64,000 nucleotides of DNA from assembly GCA_045546575.1 (NCBI GenBank), contig JAZQDC010000013.1:50256-114255 (forward strand), read 5' to 3'. Every line of letters starts with the position of its first letter. The first letter of the stretch is position 1. The notes beneath the pieces were generated by a model. The model was not told the DNA's origin and ran no database searches. It saw only the letters and a list, made by a program, of their open reading frames with translations. Source of the DNA: Lachnospiraceae bacterium. Its GTDB lineage: Bacteria > Bacillota > Clostridia > Lachnospirales > Lachnospiraceae. Shown here one piece after another: positions 58,466-64,000 of this stretch. The position numbers were made by a program, and so were the translations under genes.

Positions 58466-59155
58466 ATGTCGGAGAAGAAGATACTTATTGTAGACGATGA
58501 CAGCGATCTGTCATATATTATTGCGGAGATGTTTGCCGATTATGGGTATGTGGTGACTTGTGCGGAGAGTTGCGAGGTGGCTATGAATCATTTGTCGGAG
58601 AGCGCATATCATATGATACTATTGGACATCAACCTTCCGGATGGGGATGGGTTTTCACTTTGTAAGGAACTACGTCGTGTGACTACGGTGCCGATTTTAT
58701 TTGCAAGTGCCAGAACCAATGAGACGGATCGGATTACCGGATTTGATATTGGTGGGGATGATTATTTGCCCAAGCCTTATTCTATGAAAGAATTGCTTGT
58801 ACGAACAAATGCACTGATGCGGCGAACCTACGGTTTTGGGGAGAGTGATCGAATTGAAAGATTCGGGGACATCGTTGTCAATATCTCTGCCAGAACGGTG
58901 ATGCGTAAGGGGGGAGCAGTGAACCTCTCGCTGCGCGAATTTGACTTATTGGCATATCTGTGTGAACATAAAAATCAAGCGGTGGCCAAGGAGAAACTAC
59001 TGTCTGAGGTGTGGGGAGCATTTTCCCTAGTGGAACCGTCCACACTTACGGTGCATATACGATGGTTGCGCGAGAAGCTGGAGGACGAGCCGGCACAGCC
59101 ACAGTATATTAAGACGGTCTACAAAGTGGGTTATATGCTGGAGGTGGCAGAATGA
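58466..59155 (+). CDS. OmpR-family response regulator (BceR-like)
   Basis: Receiver KILIVDDD...D at the phosphorylation site, plus a winged-helix C-terminus. Confidence 0.9.
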   Translation: MSEKKILIVDDDSDLSYIIAEMFADYGYVVTCAESCEVAMNHLSESAYHMILLDINLPDGDGFSLCKELRRVTTVPILFASARTNETDRITGFDIGGDDYLPKPYSMKELLVRTNALMRRTYGFGESDRIERFGDIVVNISARTVMRKGGAVNLSLREFDLLAYLCEHKNQAVAKEKLLSEVWGAFSLVEPSTLTVHIRWLREKLEDEPAQPQYIKTVYKVGYMLEVAE

Positions 59156-60297
59156 ACAAACGATTATTTTCTGTGACCGCATTGTTCTGCGGAATTGCAA
59201 TCTTAGCATTGTTATTGCTTTGGAATAAAGAGACGAAGAAAGAGGAAACAGAAACTTACAACGAGGTGATTCTGGCGGTTAATGAGTTGGAGCAACTGGC
59301 GAAGGAAGGCCGGCTTGTGCAGATGACGGAGAAGTCTCAGACATTACAGGCAAGCCTCCGCGAGAAAGAGCCGGATGCGCGAAACAATCGGGGCTTAGTG
59401 TGGATGTGCATCATCTGCATTTCTTTCTTTGGGGCATTTTCGACCTATGTGTATTATGCAATCTTGCGTCCATTTGATAAGATGAAGGGTTTTGCAGAGC
59501 AGGTGGCAGGAGGGAATCTGAATGTTCCGTTGGACTATGAACGCTCCAATTATTTTGGGGCATTTACATGGGCATTTGACAGTATGCGACGTGAGATAAC
59601 CAAAGCTCGTGCCTGCGAGAAGGAAGCTATCGAGAACAATAAGACGGTAATTGCCACTCTTTCTCACGATATTAAGACGCCCATTGCTTCCATTCGGGCA
59701 TATGCTGAGGGGTTGGAGGCGAATATGGACAACACACCGGAGAAGCGGGAGCGGTATGTGGGAGTCATAATGCGAAAATGCGATGAGGTGTCTAAGCTTA
59801 CCAATGATTTGTTCTTGCACTCCTTGGCAGATTTAGAGAAGTTGAAAATTGCTGAGGAACCGGTGGAACTATGTTCTTTCGTTGGTGAGACGGTAGAAGA
59901 ATTGGCAGCGGAGCACGAGGATGTAACGTTTTCGGCAGAGATGGAGTCTGCATATGCTTCGGTGGACCGAAATCGGTTGAAGCAGGTGATAGAGAACCTT
60001 GTGAACAATGCAAGAAAATATGCAAAGAGTCCTGTAGAGGTGCGGCTCTGTGGAGGAGACGAGGGTGTCCGGCTTCATTTTCGTGATTACGGTGGAGGGA
60101 TACCGGATGAGGACATTCCGTTTATTTTCGATAAGTTCTATCGAGGGAAGAATTGCGGGGCGGAGCAAGGCTCAGGCCTGGGCTTATACATAGTAAAATA
60201 TCTTGTGATGCAGATGCGAGGAACGGTGCAACTGCGGAATCTTGCGGATGGGTTTGAAGTGATTTTGCATTTTCCGATGATTTCGCAAAAGGGTTAA
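59152..60297 (+). CDS. Sensor histidine kinase (intramembrane-sensing, BceS-like)
   Basis: Two TM helices with a short loop, H-box LSHDIKTP, and G1/G2 boxes. Confidence 0.88.
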   Translation: MNKRLFSVTALFCGIAILALLLLWNKETKKEETETYNEVILAVNELEQLAKEGRLVQMTEKSQTLQASLREKEPDARNNRGLVWMCIICISFFGAFSTYVYYAILRPFDKMKGFAEQVAGGNLNVPLDYERSNYFGAFTWAFDSMRREITKARACEKEAIENNKTVIATLSHDIKTPIASIRAYAEGLEANMDNTPEKRERYVGVIMRKCDEVSKLTNDLFLHSLADLEKLKIAEEPVELCSFVGETVEELAAEHEDVTFSAEMESAYASVDRNRLKQVIENLVNNARKYAKSPVEVRLCGGDEGVRLHFRDYGGGIPDEDIPFIFDKFYRGKNCGAEQGSGLGLYIVKYLVMQMRGTVQLRNLADGFEVILHFPMISQKG

Positions 60298-60357
60298 GGA
60301 CTTCTTAATAACTTTTCTGGTAGAGTCGAGATATCATCAGAGGAAAGGACAATACAA

Positions 60358-61119
60358 ATGAAACAAACGATTCTGTCGGCAAAGGGACTTTGCAAGAGTT
60401 TTGCACACAACGGAGGACAGTTGCACATATTATCACACGTGGATGTGGAACTGTACGAAGGGGATTTTACGGTAATTATGGGGGCTTCCGGTTCCGGAAA
60501 GTCTACGCTTCTGTACGCCCTCAGCGGGATGGACCGCGCTACGGCGGGGCAGGTGATATATAACGGGCGTGATTTGGTGGCGGCCAAGGAAAATGAATTG
60601 GCGAGGTTGCGCTATACCGATTTCGGGTTTATTTTTCAGCAGATGCATTTGGTGAGCAATCTGAGTTTATTTGAAAATGTTGCAGTCTCCGGGTATTTGA
60701 ATAAGGAGAAGACCGCTGCGCAGGTGAAGGAACGGGCGGAGAAACTGTTGGAGCAGATGGGCATCTCCCATGTGAAGACACATTTGCCGTCACAGGTATC
60801 CGGTGGGGAACAGCAGAGATGTGCCATTGCAAGAGCGGTGATAAATGAGCCAAAGCTTTTGTTTGCTGACGAGCCTACCGGTGCATTGAATCGAAAGAAT
60901 ACAACGGAAGTGTTGAATCTTCTGACCGAATTGAACATAGCGGGACAGAGCATTTTGATGGTAACTCACGATATGAAAGCGGCACTTCGCGCCACGCGCA
61001 TTTTGTATCTTGAGGACGGGAAGATTGTGGGAGAATTGACATTGCCTCCTTATGAGAAGAACGAAGAGAAGAGTCGCGAGGCCCAGATTAATGCATGGCT
61101 GTCTTCAATGGAATGGTGA
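60358..61119 (+). CDS. ABC transporter ATP-binding protein (BceA/MacB-type)
   Basis: Walker A GASGSGKST, signature VSGGEQQR, Walker B LLFADEPT. Confidence 0.92.
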   Translation: MKQTILSAKGLCKSFAHNGGQLHILSHVDVELYEGDFTVIMGASGSGKSTLLYALSGMDRATAGQVIYNGRDLVAAKENELARLRYTDFGFIFQQMHLVSNLSLFENVAVSGYLNKEKTAAQVKERAEKLLEQMGISHVKTHLPSQVSGGEQQRCAIARAVINEPKLLFADEPTGALNRKNTTEVLNLLTELNIAGQSILMVTHDMKAALRATRILYLEDGKIVGELTLPPYEKNEEKSREAQINAWLSSMEW

Positions 61120-61127
61120 GGTGCGGC

Positions 61128-63488
61128 ATGGAGATTTGGACATTATTTAAGGCAAATGCACGGAAGAAGAAGGGGACGTTATTGGGGATAGCGATTCTGA
61201 CGGCAATTGTAATGGCGGTAGTAGTATCGATTTTCTCAATAAGAGAAAATTATGAACGGGGATATTACGAGGCGTGGGAAGAATCAAAATGCGGAGAAGT
61301 TCTTTTGCTTATTGATTCTGAAAGAATGACGCAAGAGCTACGAGATGCGGTAGAGAACAATGCACTGGTTAGCGATGTTCAATACATTGATTGCATATGC
61401 GCCAATGGAATGCATTGCGGAGAGTATGACAGCGGGAATTCGCAGTTCTTGACACAGATGCGCGACGGGATTAAGGTGCTGAATGAGAAATTGGACGATA
61501 CCCAGGAGACACCCTCGGAGCTCCGACCGGGAGAGATTTATATTCCGCTTGGGCTCAAAGAGAAGATTTACTGTGAGGTGGGTGACACACTGGTTGTAGA
61601 TTTCATCTACGGCGTCAGTCGAGAGTTCGTAATTAAGGGTTTTGTAGAGGAACCGGCACAGGGTGCACTGACTATTGGGTGGAAACAACTCTTTGTATGC
61701 GAAGAAGACCTTCAGTCGATTTACGAAGAGTGTAAGCCGTTGGATACGGAAGAGATTACCTTGGAAGTTGTAATGCTTATGGTGAATCGTGTGGAAGGGT
61801 GCGAACTTTCTGTATCGAAGTTTCAGAGACAATTAAATATGGATACGAAAGTTGTGGATGTAGCTTTTGGAGCATTGAATAGCGAACAGAGTGCAAGGTA
61901 TTCTATGCTGCTGTTGGACATCATAACCGATGTTGTCCTCGTCTTTGCAGTCTTTCTGTTCGTTATCATAATGATAGTTATGAGCCATAGCATTGGAACG
62001 GAGATCGAAATTGATTATGTCACTCTGGGTGTGTTGAAGTCACAGGGATTCTCCAGATGGCAGCTACGCAAGGTGATTCTTCTTCAATATATGGTGGCAC
62101 AGCTGGTGGGTATCGGGATCGGAAGCCTGATTGCACTACCGATCATCGATGTGGTTGGTGATGAATCCAAGCTGATAACAGGAGTTCTGTCCAAGAGCGG
62201 ATTGAATATAGGACAGTGTGCCATCTGTTCCTTGGCTATTTTGCTCATTTCCACCATGCTTGTGTTCTGGAAGACAAGAAAGATTGCGGCGATTTCGCCG
62301 GTAAGAGCAATTTCGGGCGGCAAAGAGGAGATATATTTCGAACCGCATTTGAATGCTCCTATTAATAAGAAAGGTTTGTTGATAAGTCTTGCGTTTCGTG
62401 AGTTTTCTTCGGCAAAGAAACGATACATAGGAACAATATTGATTGTAGCGATATTGATGTTCTTTATGATAACCATGAATTTGGTAAGAGATATGTTGTC
62501 CTCGGAGGATGCTTTGCGAAAGATGGGTATTGCGGTTCCGGATATTGAGATGTTCTGTTTGGAGGAGACAGAAACGGATTACATGGCAGAGGTGGAGCGG
62601 ATTATAGAATCGTATTCACCCATTACAGAGAAAAATGCCATGTTCACGCAGTACATTTCCCTAAATGGAGAGAATCTTTTGTGTCAGATGTATGAGAAAC
62701 CTCAATATATCGGTGGTGTGTGGGAAGGACGAGAACCAATATATGATAATGAAGTTGTTGTTACTGAGATGGTGGCAGAACTGTTAGAGATAGAGATCGG
62801 CGACGAGGTGATAGTGTCTACGGGAAATGCAGAAGTAACGTGTCTTGTGTCGGGAATCTTTCAGTCAACCTGGGACAGTGGAACGACCTATGCCATGGGA
62901 TTTGGAGTCGTATATCGATTGGATCCTGAGTTTGATGCCACCTATGTGACGCGTTCCTATGTGCTGGAGGATACCTCGAAGCAAAAGGCACTTGTTGATG
63001 AGATTCTTGCTAAGTATGGAGACGTTATAGGTGTAAATGCGTATTATGATGAAGATAATTCTGCCCTTGCGGAATATGAGGGGGTTGTTGTGCTGCTTCA
63101 AAGTATCATTACGATCTTTTCGATGATATTTGCATTTGTGGCGGTACAGATGGTGTGTACAAAGGCATTCATTCAAGAGAGAATTGACATCGGAATATAC
63201 AAAGCAATCGGGTTCTCCACCGGAAAACTCCGAATGCAGTTTTCAATTCGATTTGCAATCATAGCGTTTTTGGGTACAGTGATCGGTATTCTGATGGGGT
63301 CAGGATTGTCTGAGAAGGTACTGGGCATGTTCTTCTCGGTACTTGGGTTGTCGAAGATTGAGGCAAGCTTTAGCATGACATCGGTTATCGTGCCGTTTGT
63401 ATTATTGATAATCGGTTTTTTTGTGTCCTCATTTCACGCATCTCGCAAGATAAAGGGCGTAGCAATCCGCGAGTTGGTTACGGAGTAG
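61128..63488 (+). CDS. FtsX-family 10-TM ABC permease with a large extracellular loop (BceB-like)
   Basis: About 790 aa with duplicated FtsX 4-TM bundles. Start assigned to MEIWTLF with RBS GGTGAGGTG. Confidence 0.85.
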   Translation: MEIWTLFKANARKKKGTLLGIAILTAIVMAVVVSIFSIRENYERGYYEAWEESKCGEVLLLIDSERMTQELRDAVENNALVSDVQYIDCICANGMHCGEYDSGNSQFLTQMRDGIKVLNEKLDDTQETPSELRPGEIYIPLGLKEKIYCEVGDTLVVDFIYGVSREFVIKGFVEEPAQGALTIGWKQLFVCEEDLQSIYEECKPLDTEEITLEVVMLMVNRVEGCELSVSKFQRQLNMDTKVVDVAFGALNSEQSARYSMLLLDIITDVVLVFAVFLFVIIMIVMSHSIGTEIEIDYVTLGVLKSQGFSRWQLRKVILLQYMVAQLVGIGIGSLIALPIIDVVGDESKLITGVLSKSGLNIGQCAICSLAILLISTMLVFWKTRKIAAISPVRAISGGKEEIYFEPHLNAPINKKGLLISLAFREFSSAKKRYIGTILIVAILMFFMITMNLVRDMLSSEDALRKMGIAVPDIEMFCLEETETDYMAEVERIIESYSPITEKNAMFTQYISLNGENLLCQMYEKPQYIGGVWEGREPIYDNEVVVTEMVAELLEIEIGDEVIVSTGNAEVTCLVSGIFQSTWDSGTTYAMGFGVVYRLDPEFDATYVTRSYVLEDTSKQKALVDEILAKYGDVIGVNAYYDEDNSALAEYEGVVVLLQSIITIFSMIFAFVAVQMVCTKAFIQERIDIGIYKAIGFSTGKLRMQFSIRFAIIAFLGTVIGILMGSGLSEKVLGMFFSVLGLSKIEASFSMTSVIVPFVLLIIGFFVSSFHASRKIKGVAIRELVTE

Positions 63489-63773
63489 ATCTGGATAATT
63501 TACTTGAAGAAGTATCGAAAAAACAATCTGTTGGCACATGAAAGCCTACAGAAGATACAGGCCGTTTCGTGCAGAGGTAACGCACGAAATGGTCTGTTTT
63601 CCATTACTGACACAGGAAAATGGCACAACAGATATTGCTGTGCGTATGAGGTTCTACCTATATATAGTGGAAATGGAGTGGTGTGTAAAAATGCATGGTC
63701 GATTGAGACAAACGAGGATAAAACAGGGGATTTTTAAGGCCTAAAAAAATTTCGAAAAAAATAAAAAAAGGTG

Positions 63774-63802
63774 TTGACAGAACGATTAAGGGGTGATATA
63801 AT
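63774..63802 (+). promoter_or_regulatory. Strong sigma-A promoter (TTGACA, 17-bp spacer, extended -10 TGaTATAAT) with an A-rich UP element; probably an rRNA operon promoter
   Basis: Hexamers read directly from the sequence. A 50-bp A/T-rich tract lies upstream. Downstream is a non-coding leader resembling Firmicutes rrn leaders (CTTGAAAACTGAACA...). Confidence 0.6.
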
Positions 63803-64000
63803 CAACTTCGCTGACCCGCTGAAGCGGCTAACAGACAGAGCTGAAAGCGAGTCACGAACCTTGAAAACTGAACAGTGAAACAACCTTGAAATTCGTTTGA
63901 ACATTGTAAAGTCGAAAGACTTTGCGAACCTTATAACAAGTAAAATTTCAGGATGAACAGGCTTTTTAAAAACAAGCTAGAGTTCAACTGAGAGGAACAA

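Overview
This is a 64-kb chromosomal window that, from its gene content, most likely comes from a Gram-positive, spore-forming Clostridia-type (gut Firmicutes-like) genome. Supporting features are lipobox lipoproteins, a T-box leader on metG, a YyaC spore protease and the conserved dnaX-ybaB-recR cluster. The main AT/GC composition is balanced. Most of the window is housekeeping and carbohydrate genes: tkt, metG, malQ, glpK, a GH13 alpha-glucosidase, an Fe-alcohol dehydrogenase, dnaX-ybaB-recR, a BceRS/BceAB-like module and a rhomboid protease.

The accessory content is as follows:
- An AT-rich island at about 20.2-26.1 kb carries a decayed AbiEi/AbiEii abortive-infection pair, followed by a tight three-gene operon: DUF262, a small HEPN-motif protein, and a single-chain MmeI-like Type IIG restriction-modification enzyme. 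This is the candidate previously undescribed defence system. Its right end sits inside a truncated ABC ATPase gene.
- A complete Tad/Flp pilus locus spans 38.9-48.8 kb and includes unusual pseudopilin-like proteins.
- Two WYL-domain regulators are translationally coupled upstream of a cytoplasmic SPFH/band-7 protein.
- An M15 peptidase / cell-wall-binding gene is interrupted by a single in-frame TAG. It lies between two mosaic SH3b lipoprotein paralogs.
- Two DUF4143 AAA+ ATPase genes are present; one is bracketed by about 65-bp direct repeats.
- Several tandem-repeat tracts occur.
- A strong rRNA-type promoter sits at the window end.

No CRISPR array, integrase or transposase was seen. All calls are by eye from the sequence and the supplied ORF track; no database searches were run.
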